DNA of 62,056 nucleotides from Gemmatimonadales bacterium (lineage in GTDB: Bacteria > Gemmatimonadota > Gemmatimonadetes > Gemmatimonadales > GWC2-71-9): assembly GCA_039915685.1 (NCBI GenBank), contig JBDSMU010000169.1:1-62056 (forward strand), read 5' to 3'. The stretch's first letter is position 1. The number at the start of each line of letters is the position of its first letter. Below are positions 11,472-21,174 of this stretch, in pieces. Position numbers and translations under genes: made by a program. The notes beneath the pieces are model-generated. The model did not search any database, was not told the DNA's origin, and worked only from the letters and a program-made list of their open reading frames with translations.

Positions 11472-12850
11472 TGCAGTCGGAGTGGCACGGTGCCGCGCAT
11501 CCCGCCCCGCTCGATGTTGAGGTAGAACTGCTGACCCGGCTGCATCCCGCGCACCTGCTCAGCCACTTCTTCAGCGGTCCGGAGTGCCTGACCGTTGATG
11601 CCGATGATCACGTCGCCCGCGGTTATCCCGGTACGTTGGGTGATGTCACTGGGCACACGGTACACCAGCGCGCCGAACATCGACTGGATCCCGCGCTCGG
11701 CACGAATCGACGGCGTGATGGTGATGAGGTCAAGGTCGCGCAGCACCCGCACCTTTTCCGCCGTCACCGTGGGCAGATCGCCCGTGACGATGCGCACCGC
11801 CGTGGTCCGCCCGCGACTGCTCACCGTCGCGTCGACTGCGTCGCCCACGTGCAGGTCGAGCAGCACCGCGTCCCAATCGAGATAGTTGCGCAGTGCGCGG
11901 TTGTTGGCGCGCACCAGCACGTCGCCGGGCTGAATGTTCGCGCGCGCGGCCGGTCCGCCGGGTGCCACTTCGCCCACGGTCACACCTCCACTTTGCTTCC
12001 AGTCGCCGCTCACGCCTCCCACGCGCACGGTGAGGCCGACCCACGCACGGCGTACGGCACCGTTGCGGATGATCTCGTCCGCGACCCGCACAGCGCGCTC
12101 GATGGGAATCGCGAAACCGAGCCCGACCGACCCCCCCGTCGATGAGAAGATTGACGAGTTGACGCCGATCACCTCGCCCAGGGCATTCACCAGCGGGCCT
12201 CCGGAGTTGCCCGGATTGATCGCCGCATCGGTCTGGATCATGTCGAGATACGATCCCGCCTGATCGCCGACCGGCAGGATGTTCCGGCCGGTGGCACTGA
12301 TCACGCCCGCCGTCACGGTGGGTTCAGAGTTGCCGAGCAGATAGCTATACGGGTTACCCAGCGCGATCGCCCACTCACCAATCATGAGGTCGCGCGAGTT
12401 GCCGATCCGAACAACGGGAAGTCCCGCCCGTTCAAGTTTGATCACCGCAATATCGGTCAGGGGATCCTCGCCGAGCACGCGCCCCTCGACGTCGGTCCCG
12501 TCCGGCAGGGTAACCGTCACCTGCTGCGCATCAGCCACCACGTGCTGGTTGGTGATGACGATACCGTTCTGGTGCAGGATGAATCCGGTGCCAAAGCTCT
12601 GCGGGGTCCCGCGTGGCTGTCCGATCCAGAGATCATATGCCGAGGGGCGGGGTGATGGCCGGGTTGTGCGCACCGATACCACTGCAGCGGAAACCTGCTC
12701 CGTCGCAACGACGATCGCGGTCCGGCGCGTCGCGTCGATCGACGTCGCCGACTGCTGCGCGCCAGCTTGGGGCACGAACCCGTTGTCGCCGCCGCTGCTG
12801 CAGGCGACCAACAACGCCATCGCAGCGATTCGCAGCGTGCGGGTCACCAC
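11468..12850 (-). CDS. HtrA/DegP-family serine protease with two PDZ domains, probable lipoprotein
   Basis: Catalytic triad TNQHVV / TDIAV / INPGNSGG, two PDZ-like C-terminal segments, LLVAC lipobox-like signal. Confidence 0.93.
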   Translation of the reverse strand: MVTRTLRIAAMALLVACSSGGDNGFVPQAGAQQSATSIDATRRTAIVVATEQVSAAVVSVRTTRPSPRPSAYDLWIGQPRGTPQSFGTGFILHQNGIVITNQHVVADAQQVTVTLPDGTDVEGRVLGEDPLTDIAVIKLERAGLPVVRIGNSRDLMIGEWAIALGNPYSYLLGNSEPTVTAGVISATGRNILPVGDQAGSYLDMIQTDAAINPGNSGGPLVNALGEVIGVNSSIFSSTGGSVGLGFAIPIERAVRVADEIIRNGAVRRAWVGLTVRVGGVSGDWKQSGGVTVGEVAPGGPAARANIQPGDVLVRANNRALRNYLDWDAVLLDLHVGDAVDATVSSRGRTTAVRIVTGDLPTVTAEKVRVLRDLDLITITPSIRAERGIQSMFGALVYRVPSDITQRTGITAGDVIIGINGQALRTAEEVAEQVRGMQPGQQFYLNIERGGMRGTVPLRLQ

Positions 12851-13623
12851 GACACCCCGTCTCCGGTGACGAGTTCGGCGGGGTAACCTGCCGACACGAA
12901 CGCAAGACCCGCCGCGGGTGCCGGCGGGCTGGTATCCCCGTTGTGCTCAAGGTGGATCAGGCGGGCCATGTCGCCCTCCGGTCGTCGTCCGAGTCCGATA
13001 TCAACCATCGTTCCGACCAGCATGCGCACCATGTGGTGCAGGAAGCGGTCGGCGGCAATCGTGAAGTACGCGCATCCGTCACCGTCGTGGTTCCATCGCG
13101 CTTCGGTGACCTGGCAACGATAGTGGGGCTTGGGCTCGCCGACCGCCGCGAAGGCCCGGAAGTCGTGCAGGCCAGGCAACAGGTCGGCGCATCGTTGCAT
13201 CGCGGCCAGGTCAAGCGTCCGACCGAGTGCCCAAGCGAGGCGGTTCCGAAACGGCGAGCGTGCCTGAACGGTGGTCGCAACCGTGTAGCGATACCGACGG
13301 CCGAGCGCGCTACGACGTGCGTTCGCGCTGTCCTGCACCGGGTACACGGCTCGCACGGCGATGTCGATCGGCAGCAGCGCATTCGCGGCGCGCTGCAAGT
13401 CGGCGCAGCTCCATCGGTCTGGCATTGCGATGGTCACGGGCATCGCGTGCGCGTGGACGCCGGCATCGGTTCGCCCCGCGGCAGTAGCCTTTCGCGGCGT
13501 ACCCGCGAGCCGCGACATCGCACCCTCCACCGCCTGTTGCACCGAGCGCCCATCGGGCTGCGACTGCCAGCCGCAGAACCGCGTGCCATCGTACTCCAGG
13601 ACCAGCATGAAAACGCGCTCCAT
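12844..13623 (-). CDS. truA: tRNA pseudouridine(38-40) synthase
   Basis: YDGTRFCGWQ, AGRTDAGVHA, HDFRAF and FLHHMVR. Confidence 0.96.
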   Translation of the reverse strand: MERVFMLVLEYDGTRFCGWQSQPDGRSVQQAVEGAMSRLAGTPRKATAAGRTDAGVHAHAMPVTIAMPDRWSCADLQRAANALLPIDIAVRAVYPVQDSANARRSALGRRYRYTVATTVQARSPFRNRLAWALGRTLDLAAMQRCADLLPGLHDFRAFAAVGEPKPHYRCQVTEARWNHDGDGCAYFTIAADRFLHHMVRMLVGTMVDIGLGRRPEGDMARLIHLEHNGDTSPPAPAAGLAFVSAGYPAELVTGDGVSW

Positions 13624-13683
13624 GAACCTCCGAATCTAGCTCGCCCTTAGGAGGGCGGCAACTTGCGTAAGCTGTTGTGAATG

Positions 13684-13713
13684 TTGACAAAACGTTGGCT
13701 GTCCCCGTACGCT
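13684..13713 (+). promoter_or_regulatory. Putative sigma70 promoter of trpD (TTGACA-N18-TACGCT)
   Basis: Perfect -35 at 13684-13689 and TAnnnT at 13708-13713, 10 nt before the ATG at 13724. Confidence 0.55.
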
Positions 13714-13723
13714 TGCCCGCTTC

Positions 13724-14788
13724 ATGACCCCAACCCAGCCGTTCTCCGTCTCGCCTGCGATCCGGGCTGCCATCAATGTGGCGCAGCGGGGTAGCGGGCT
13801 CGACGAAACCGCGGCGCACGCTGCAGTGCTTGAGATGCTCGACGGCACGGCTGATCCCGCGCTGACCGAGGCGCTGTTGGTGGCCCTCCGGGACAAAGGG
13901 GAGACCGCGGCGGAACTTGCCGGGGCCGCGCGGGCACTCCGCGAAACCATGGAGCGTGTTGACCACCCTGACCCCGACTCGTTGGTCGACACCTGCGGCA
14001 CCGGTGGAGGGTTGGTCACGACGCTGAACATCTCCACGGCGGCGGCGTTCGTGGTTGCCGGCGCCGGAATTACCGTCGCGAAGCACGGCAACCGGTCGTT
14101 CACGTCGCGGTCGGGATCGGCCGACGTACTGGAGGCGATGGGCGTCGCGATCGATGGCAACCCAGCTCGGGCCGGGAAAATCCTGCGTGACATTGGGATC
14201 GCATTCCTCTTCGCGCCGACCCACCATCCCGCGATGCGCCACGTGGCCCCCGTGCGTCGCAAGCTGGGGACGTCCACCATCATGAATCTCGTCGGTCCGC
14301 TCGCTAATCCGGCCGGGGCGACACGTCAGGTGATCGGCGTTGCCGACCCAAGTAGGGGTGCGCTGATGGCGGCGGCGCTGGCCCGCTTGGGTACTCCCCA
14401 CGCGATCGTCGTCCACGGAGTGGACGGCTTGGATGAAATAGCCCCCAGGGGCGAGACCCGTGTTTGGGAAGTGCGGTCGGGGAATGTCCGAGAGTGGTCG
14501 ATCGTGGCGCAGACCCTCGGCTTCAAGGTCGACTCGCTTGCCGGACTCGCCGGGGGCGAGCCCGCTGAGAACGCCGCAGCGATTGTCCATTTGTTCGAGC
14601 GACCCGACCAAGCTGCGGAGGCGGTGCTCGCAGCTGTTGTACTGAACGCTGCTGGAGCAATCATGGTGAGCGGCACCGCGCGGTCGATGAACGAGGCAGT
14701 GGAAATCGCTCGCGAGGTGCTCGACTCCGGTCGCGCGCTGGCTGCATTGGAGGCGCTTCGCCGCGCGTCAGTCAGTATTTCCGAATGA
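13724..14788 (+). CDS. trpD: Anthranilate phosphoribosyltransferase
   Basis: DTCGTGG, NISTAAAF, KHGNRSFTSRSGSADVLE and GLDEI. Confidence 0.96.
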   Translation: MTPTQPFSVSPAIRAAINVAQRGSGLDETAAHAAVLEMLDGTADPALTEALLVALRDKGETAAELAGAARALRETMERVDHPDPDSLVDTCGTGGGLVTTLNISTAAAFVVAGAGITVAKHGNRSFTSRSGSADVLEAMGVAIDGNPARAGKILRDIGIAFLFAPTHHPAMRHVAPVRRKLGTSTIMNLVGPLANPAGATRQVIGVADPSRGALMAAALARLGTPHAIVVHGVDGLDEIAPRGETRVWEVRSGNVREWSIVAQTLGFKVDSLAGLAGGEPAENAAAIVHLFERPDQAAEAVLAAVVLNAAGAIMVSGTARSMNEAVEIAREVLDSGRALAALEALRRASVSISE

Positions 14789-15380
14789 CGCCCACGACGA
14801 TGCCCTGGATCAGGACGTCGCTTTCCTGATAGCGCAGCGGTCGCATCTCGGTGTTGGCTGGCTGAAGGCGGATCCAGCCACCCGGCTCGCGGTAGAACCG
14901 CTTGACGGTGGCTTCTGCTCCGTTGACGAGTGCAATGACCATTTCGCCGTTGTCGGCACTCTCCCGCCCGTTGACCACCACCAGGTCGCCGTCCAGGATC
15001 TGCTCATCGATCATCGACGCCCCACGAACCCGCAGCGCATAGTTGGCGCCGCGCCGGGGCAGCATCGCGTCGGGCACGGCAACCACATCGCCGGTCATGA
15101 CCGACTCGATCGGATAGCCGGCCGCGACCGTTCCGAGCAGCGGGATTTCGGTCGCTCCGGTGAGGCCGCGGGCGGGAAGAACCTCGATGGCCCGGCTCTC
15201 GTTGTAGCTGCGACGGATGTAGCCCTTGCGCTCGAGATTGGTCAGGTGCTCGTGCACCGTGGCCAACGATTGGTACCCGAACTTTTCGGCAATTTCCTCG
15301 AAGCTCGGTGCGTAGCCGTGATCGGCGATAACTTCCCCGAGGAAATCGAGGATTTCGCGCTGCTTTCGGGTCAGGGGCAC
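14772..15380 (-). CDS. lexA: SOS repressor LexA
   Basis: LTRKQREILDF winged HTH, VAAG cleavage site, GASM Ser and ATVKR Lys. GTG start gives MPLTRKQ. Confidence 0.96.
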   Translation of the reverse strand: MPLTRKQREILDFLGEVIADHGYAPSFEEIAEKFGYQSLATVHEHLTNLERKGYIRRSYNESRAIEVLPARGLTGATEIPLLGTVAAGYPIESVMTGDVVAVPDAMLPRRGANYALRVRGASMIDEQILDGDLVVVNGRESADNGEMVIALVNGAEATVKRFYREPGGWIRLQPANTEMRPLRYQESDVLIQGIVVGVIRKY

Positions 15381-15400
15381 GATGGCCTCGGGTCGAATGG

Positions 15401-15440
15401 CGAAGAGAACCCGAATAAACGTACCCGAAGGTAACCCGAA
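15401..15440. promoter_or_regulatory. Candidate LexA operators: two CGAA-N7-CGAA direct-repeat pairs
   Basis: CGAA at 15401/15412 and 15426/15437. ACCCGAA occurs three times in the 67-bp lexA-trpC gap. Confidence 0.55.
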
Positions 15441-15447
15441 CTTCAAG

Positions 15448-16239
15448 ATGCCAGCGACACTACTCGACGCGATCCTCGCCCACAGCCGTCAGCGGGCTGC
15501 CAAGCTGCACGCCAGTCGTGCTTCGCTTGAGGCGGCCTGCGCGGTGGCTGCTCCCATCCCCGATTTCGCCACGGCGCTCCGCCGGAGCACGGTCGCCGTG
15601 ATCGCCGAGGTCAAGCGCCGGTCGCCTTCGCTCGGACCTATCGACGAGTCGGTCGATCCGGTCCGACTTGCCGCCGAGTACGTGAATGGTGGATCGGCGG
15701 CGATCTCGGTGCTGACTGAGCCGAGTCGTTTCGGCGGTTCGCTTGAGGATCTGCGCCGGGTAAGCGGTTCCGTCGACCTGCCGGTGTTGCGGAAGGATTT
15801 CATCGTGGACCTGGTGCAGCTCCTCGAAGCGAGGGCTTCGGGCGCGGCGGCGGTCCTGCTGATTGTGAGAGCGATGACCCCGCGGGAGCTCGGCCGGCTT
15901 CACGCCGAAGCACTCGGCATTGGACTCGGTGTCCTGGTAGAGGCGCACACCGCGGATGAGATTCGCATCGCTCTCGACGCAGGCGCGGGGGTGGTGGGCG
16001 TCAACGCTCGAGATCTCGATACGCTTCAGATCGATTGCGCGGGAGCGTGGAGAATGATCGAGACGATTCCGTCGGATGTGATCGCAGTGGCAGAAAGCGG
16101 AATGGGATCCGCAGCCGACGTGGCCGCGGCGGCGTCTGCGGGCGCCGATGCCGTCCTGATCGGATCGGCGCTAGTGGGTGCTGGAAATGCGGAAGCGTCG
16201 GTACGCGTCATGGCGGGAATCGTTCGCCGTGCTCGTTGA
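15448..16239 (+). CDS. trpC: Indole-3-glycerol phosphate synthase
   Basis: IAEVKRRSPS, ISVLTE, LRKDF, GVNARDL and AESG. Start MPATLLDAI. Confidence 0.96.
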   Translation: MPATLLDAILAHSRQRAAKLHASRASLEAACAVAAPIPDFATALRRSTVAVIAEVKRRSPSLGPIDESVDPVRLAAEYVNGGSAAISVLTEPSRFGGSLEDLRRVSGSVDLPVLRKDFIVDLVQLLEARASGAAAVLLIVRAMTPRELGRLHAEALGIGLGVLVEAHTADEIRIALDAGAGVVGVNARDLDTLQIDCAGAWRMIETIPSDVIAVAESGMGSAADVAAAASAGADAVLIGSALVGAGNAEASVRVMAGIVRRAR

Positions 16240-16873
16240 CGCCAAGGTGTGCGGCCTTACCCGTCCGGAAGACGCGGCGCTGGCGGTTGCGTCGGGCGCC
16301 GCATACCTCGGCGTGATCTTCGCGGGCGGACCTCGCCAAGTGGATAGTGACCGCGCCCGGACCATTGTCGCCGCCGCCGACGGCGTCCCCGTACTTGGTG
16401 TCTTCGGAATGCAACCCACCCGGACGATCCTCGAGGTGATCAGGTCGGCGGGGTTGGCCGGCGCTCAGTTGCATGGCGACCACGGTCCCGACGTGTCCAA
16501 GCAACTTGTAGATGCCGGCATGGTCATTTGGCACGTGGCGCGCTTCAACGATACGTCGACCCTGCGAATTGAGATCGGCCGAATCGGTGTCGGGTTCGAA
16601 CCAATCCTCATTGAACCCCGATCGTCGGGCGGGGGCGGTCAGGGAATTGTCCTTCCGTTGGACCTTGCAGTCGCCGCCCGCGAGGCATTCCACCAACGTC
16701 GGCTCGTCCTGGCCGGCGGCCTGCACCCTGGGAATGTCGCCGAGGCGATCCGGCTCGTTGGTCCGGACATCGTCGATGTAAGTTCCGGGGTCGAATTGGC
16801 GCCGGGCATCAAGGATCCGATCCGGCTTGTTGCCTTCCTGGAGGCTGTGCGTGACGCTCGTTCTGCCGCGTGA
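16229..16873 (+). CDS. trpF: Phosphoribosylanthranilate isomerase
   Basis: KVCGLTR, QLHG, LAGGL and VDVSSGVE...PGIKD. Confidence 0.95.
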   Translation: MLVDAKVCGLTRPEDAALAVASGAAYLGVIFAGGPRQVDSDRARTIVAAADGVPVLGVFGMQPTRTILEVIRSAGLAGAQLHGDHGPDVSKQLVDAGMVIWHVARFNDTSTLRIEIGRIGVGFEPILIEPRSSGGGGQGIVLPLDLAVAAREAFHQRRLVLAGGLHPGNVAEAIRLVGPDIVDVSSGVELAPGIKDPIRLVAFLEAVRDARSAA

Positions 16874-18053
16874 AACCGCCGTTGATGGCCGATTTGGCCC
16901 TTACGGTGGGCGCTACGTTCCCGAGACTCTTGTGGCGGCGTTGGACGACCTCACCGCCCTCTACGACGCGGCCCGCGACGACCACGCCTTCTGGGACGAG
17001 TTTCACCGCATCCTTCGCGACTTTGTCGGACGCCCATCCGCGCTGTCGGAGGCGCCCCGTTTCAGCGCGACCGTCGGCGCTCGAGTGCTTCTCAAGCGGG
17101 AGGACCTGAACCACACCGGCGCCCACAAGATCAACAATGCGGTGGGGCAGGTGTTGCTGGCGCAGCGGATGGGGAAGCGTCGGATCATCGCCGAAACCGG
17201 GGCGGGCCAGCACGGCGTGGCAACGGCGACGGTGTGCGCCCGTTTCGGGCTGGAGTGCGTCGTCTACATGGGCTCCGAGGATGTGGCGCGCCAGGCGCCG
17301 AACGTCTACCGGATGCAACTCCTTGGCGCCACCGTGATTCCAGTCACCTCTGGCACACGGACACTCAAGGATGCGACCAACGAGGCGCTCCGCGATTGGG
17401 TCAGCAACGTGCCGGACACCCATTACATCATCGGCTCCGTCGTGGGCCCCGATCCATTCCCTCGCATGGTTCGCGACTTCCAATCGGTCATTGGTGACGA
17501 GGCGCGTCGGCAAGTGATCGAGCGCACTGGCGCGCTCCCTGAGACGGTGGTCGCGTGCGTCGGTGGAGGCTCGAATGCGATGGGGATCTTCGCCGGCTTC
17601 ATCGACGACAGCGAGGTCGAACTGGTGGGCGTCGAAGCGGCCGGTGAGGGCATTGATACTGCGGCCCACAGCGCGACACTCACCCTCGGGCGGCCCGGCG
17701 TGCTGCACGGGTCACTCTCGTACCTGTTGCAGGATGCCGATGGGCAGGTGCTTCCCGCGCATTCGGTATCGGCGGGCCTGGACTATCCTGGCGTGGGCCC
17801 CGAACACAGCTGGATGCGGGACACCGGACGCGTCAAGTATGCATCGGCAGGTGATCGTGACGCGCTCGAGGCGTTTCGCAGCTTCACGCGCATGGAGGGG
17901 ATCATTCCCGCGCTCGAGACATCGCATGCAATCGCATGGATCACAGCCCAATCGGGTAAATGGGCGCCTGACCAGGTCGTGTTGCTCTGCCTGAGTGGCC
18001 GGGGCGACAAGGATGTCGCCCACGTCGCGGCACTTGATGGACCGCCCGCGTGA
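16851..18053 (+). CDS. trpB: Tryptophan synthase beta chain
   Basis: [37 protein letters not shown] and LSGRGDKD. Confidence 0.98.
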   Translation: MTLVLPRETAVDGRFGPYGGRYVPETLVAALDDLTALYDAARDDHAFWDEFHRILRDFVGRPSALSEAPRFSATVGARVLLKREDLNHTGAHKINNAVGQVLLAQRMGKRRIIAETGAGQHGVATATVCARFGLECVVYMGSEDVARQAPNVYRMQLLGATVIPVTSGTRTLKDATNEALRDWVSNVPDTHYIIGSVVGPDPFPRMVRDFQSVIGDEARRQVIERTGALPETVVACVGGGSNAMGIFAGFIDDSEVELVGVEAAGEGIDTAAHSATLTLGRPGVLHGSLSYLLQDADGQVLPAHSVSAGLDYPGVGPEHSWMRDTGRVKYASAGDRDALEAFRSFTRMEGIIPALETSHAIAWITAQSGKWAPDQVVLLCLSGRGDKDVAHVAALDGPPA

Positions 18054-19735
18054 GCGCCCCGGTGCACGCATCCTCTGATCTGGACGTTCGCGTTGTGGAG
18101 GAACTTCTTCGCACGCTCACGAAGGGCCAGCGTGCGCTGCAGATGTACCTCCCGAACAATCCCGTGTACCAGCGTGCGATGGAGGCGCTGGTCGAAGCGT
18201 TCACGCCGGTATGGAATGTCACCGGTCGGCTTGTGCTGGAGATCCACGAACAGCACATCGACTGGGAGGGCGTCGCCGTCTATCAGCAGCCGAACTCGGG
18301 CGAAGGGCTCCCGTGGCAACTCTACACCGACGGGTTGCGGCGCCTCACGCTGCTCCCCGGCGTCGAGTCTGAGGAGATCATCCGACTCCTTCACGTGGTC
18401 AACCGCGCCCGTCTGCTGCCGGTCGATGCAGCCGATGACCTGCTCACGCTGCTGTGGGAGCAGGAGTTCGTGCTGATCACATACGCATTCGTCGAGGTGA
18501 TCGGCGAGGGAACCGAGTTCCTCCAGGAAAGCGAGGCGCGCGATCCACCGCCCGAGCCCGGGGAGGCACGACGGGAGGTGGATGCCGCCCGCGGAACACC
18601 AACGCACCCGGGGCTGGTCGACCTCGCCGATTTCGATGCGACGCCGTACTTCCTTGATGAGGCGGAGACTCGCCTGATCAGGTCGGAGCTGGAGGACGAG
18701 TACCGGCGCGACTATCGGACCAATGCCATCGACGCGCTCATGGATATTTTGGAGGCGCAGCGCGAGCCGGCGGTGCGTCACGAAGCCGTCTCCCTCCTTG
18801 AAGATGTGCTCCCCGCGCAGCTCGCGATCGGCGGGTTCAGGGCCGTCGCCCGCATCCTGCGCGAATTGCGGGTGATCGCCGCCCGCGCGCCGGGCCTCGA
18901 CCAGGAACTGCACACTGCCGTGCTCTCGTTTGAGGAGCGGCTGAGCCAACCCGAGATTTTAGAGCAACTTTTCCGCGCGCTCGAGGATGCGATCGGTCGT
19001 CCTGCCGATGAGGACGTGAGCGAGGTGATGCGGGAACTCAAGCCGTCGGCGCTCCCGACGATCCTCACGCACCTGGGTCGAACGCTGAACCCCGATGTCC
19101 GTCGTGCGCTTGAGCCGAGCCTTGAGGGCCTCGCGCGGGCCGGTCCGGCCGCGCTGTCCGACGTGCTCGACAACGGTCCGCCTGAGGCGCTCGATCCAGC
19201 CATCGGGTTGGCCGCCCGCTTGGGCATGACCGCGCTCGTGCCCGCCATCATCGGACACTACAAGTCAGGCGGCGTGGCAGTCCGACTCACTGCCATCACC
19301 GCTCTTGGTGGGTTCGGCACCCCGACAGCGATCGCGACGGTGGAGGAGGCACTGGGCGATTCCGATCGAACGGTGCGACAGGCTGCGCTCGCCGTGTTGC
19401 AGCAGCGGGGCGGTTCAGGCGGCATGGTGCGTCGGCTGGAGGGCCTTCTCTTTGCCGAAACCGACGGTGGATGGGATCGGCTGGAACGGCGTACGCTGTT
19501 CGAGGCCTACGGAAGTCTCGCCGGCGACGCCGCCCTGCCGAAGATCCGCGAACTGCTTGAGCCGCGGGGCCTCTTCCGCCGCCGCGCGCATCCCGACGTG
19601 CGCGCTTGCGCACTGTTCGGGCTTGGCAAGGTGCGTTCGTTCGATGCGCGCATGGTCGTTGACGCGTACACCAACGACAAGGAACCAGTGGTGCGAAGCG
19701 CCGCCAACAGCGTTCTGCGAGACTGGATTCCATGA
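18050..19735 (+). CDS. HEAT-repeat-containing protein with an unnamed N-terminal domain
   Basis: C-terminal HEAT-like repeats ([38 protein letters not shown]). Overlaps the trpB stop (GTGA). Confidence 0.8.
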   Translation: MSAPVHASSDLDVRVVEELLRTLTKGQRALQMYLPNNPVYQRAMEALVEAFTPVWNVTGRLVLEIHEQHIDWEGVAVYQQPNSGEGLPWQLYTDGLRRLTLLPGVESEEIIRLLHVVNRARLLPVDAADDLLTLLWEQEFVLITYAFVEVIGEGTEFLQESEARDPPPEPGEARREVDAARGTPTHPGLVDLADFDATPYFLDEAETRLIRSELEDEYRRDYRTNAIDALMDILEAQREPAVRHEAVSLLEDVLPAQLAIGGFRAVARILRELRVIAARAPGLDQELHTAVLSFEERLSQPEILEQLFRALEDAIGRPADEDVSEVMRELKPSALPTILTHLGRTLNPDVRRALEPSLEGLARAGPAALSDVLDNGPPEALDPAIGLAARLGMTALVPAIIGHYKSGGVAVRLTAITALGGFGTPTAIATVEEALGDSDRTVRQAALAVLQQRGGSGGMVRRLEGLLFAETDGGWDRLERRTLFEAYGSLAGDAALPKIRELLEPRGLFRRRAHPDVRACALFGLGKVRSFDARMVVDAYTNDKEPVVRSAANSVLRDWIP

Positions 19736-21174
19736 CGTCATCCGCCGCCGAAGACGGCGTCCTGCGCCAGGCGGGTCGGTCACTGCTGGTGTCGATTCAC
19801 GGCGCGCAGCGGGCGATCAAGCTTTACCCGACCGACAACACCACGGTCGAGCGCGCCCTCGACGAACTGCAGGCCCACACCATCAGCATCGTGCGCCTCG
19901 AGGGATCGGTTGAAATCCGACTCTCCGGCGATTTCCTCTTCATCAACCAGATCCGCCTGCGGCTAGGCCTCGACAACTTCGCCGCGTTCAGCGGATTCGT
20001 GTCGTTGATGCGCTACTTCGGGATCGGGCTTCTTCGAATCGATGACGGCATCACCCGGCGCGAGTGGCAGCTCTGGTTGTCGATGCTGGGCGCCACAACA
20101 CCGGACGTCGATCCCGAGGAGCGCCTCGACGCGCTGCGTCAGCGGATGCAGCAGGCCGACATTATCCGTCTCTGGATCGACGCCGCCGGCGACACCGAGG
20201 AGGAAGATCGGGTGGGCGACGAGGCGCTGGAGAGCGCCAAACGAACCTATTCGCATGGCGTGGCGGCTGCGCGGGATGTCGTTCAGGGCGTTCGTATGGG
20301 CCGCACGCCCAGTGTGCGGCGAATCAAGCGGGCCATCCAACTCATTGTCGATCAGGTTCTCGAGAATGAACTGTCGATCACGGGATTGACAACACTTCGC
20401 GCCTACGACGAGTACACCTTCACCCATTCGGTCAACGTCAGCATCTTTGCGGTGGCACTCGGCAAGCGGCTCGGCTTTGATCGCCTGCAGCTCTATGATC
20501 TCGGCCTCGCCGCCATGATGCATGACATCGGCAAGGCGCGGCTCGATCTCGCGCTGCTCAACAAGGAGTCGTCGCTCGACGAGCAGGAATGGCGGATGAT
20601 GCAGGCCCACCCCTGGCTCGGCACACTGACCCTCTTCAAGATGCGGGAAGGCGACGAGCTGCCGTGGCGGGCAATCCTGGCGGCGCACGAACACCACATG
20701 AAGATCGATCTCACCGGGTATCCGCGGGCCATCCGACCTCGCCGGCTCGGCCTCTTCACCCGCTTGATCTCGGTGGCCGACGGCTATGATGCGGCCACGA
20801 CGCGCCGGGCTTACCAGACCGAACCACTCGAGCCCGACTCGGTGTTGAAGGAAATGTGGATGAATGCCGCGCGGGGCTATGACCCCGTCCTCGTCAAGGC
20901 ACTCATCAACCTGCTCGGGATCTATCCGGTTGGAACATGCGTAATCCTCGACACCTTCGAGGTCGCGATCGTCGCCGGACCGAGCCCCGACCAGCAATTG
21001 CTTCACCGGCCGCTGGTACGCATTGCGGTTTCCGCGGACGGCATCCTGTTGGCGCTCCCCGGTGAGCTTGTCGACCTGTCGGTCGCCGACCCGGGCGGGA
21101 ATCACGCGCGAACGATCGTCAAGGTCACCGCTCCGGAACGCTACGGACTCGTCGTCGGCCATTATTTTGTCTGA
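19732..21174 (+). CDS. HD-GYP domain protein (putative cyclic di-nucleotide phosphodiesterase)
   Basis: YTFTHSVNV, MHDIGK, HP, HEHH, TGYP and RLISVADGYDA...RRAY motifs. Confidence 0.9.
   Translation: MTSSAAEDGVLRQAGRSLLVSIHGAQRAIKLYPTDNTTVERALDELQAHTISIVRLEGSVEIRLSGDFLFINQIRLRLGLDNFAAFSGFVSLMRYFGIGLLRIDDGITRREWQLWLSMLGATTPDVDPEERLDALRQRMQQADIIRLWIDAAGDTEEEDRVGDEALESAKRTYSHGVAAARDVVQGVRMGRTPSVRRIKRAIQLIVDQVLENELSITGLTTLRAYDEYTFTHSVNVSIFAVALGKRLGFDRLQLYDLGLAAMMHDIGKARLDLALLNKESSLDEQEWRMMQAHPWLGTLTLFKMREGDELPWRAILAAHEHHMKIDLTGYPRAIRPRRLGLFTRLISVADGYDAATTRRAYQTEPLEPDSVLKEMWMNAARGYDPVLVKALINLLGIYPVGTCVILDTFEVAIVAGPSPDQQLLHRPLVRIAVSADGILLALPGELVDLSVADPGGNHARTIVKVTAPERYGLVVGHYFV

Noticed and set aside
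13624-13723. Trp attenuator or leader peptide upstream of trpD (or trpC)
   Set aside because: No Trp-codon leader ORF or terminator/antiterminator was seen, and the predicted leaders are too short.
15401-15440. Short repeats as a mini-CRISPR array or iterons
   Set aside because: The repeats are only 4-8 bp with 11-14 bp spacing, and there are no cas or rep genes. An operator is a better explanation.
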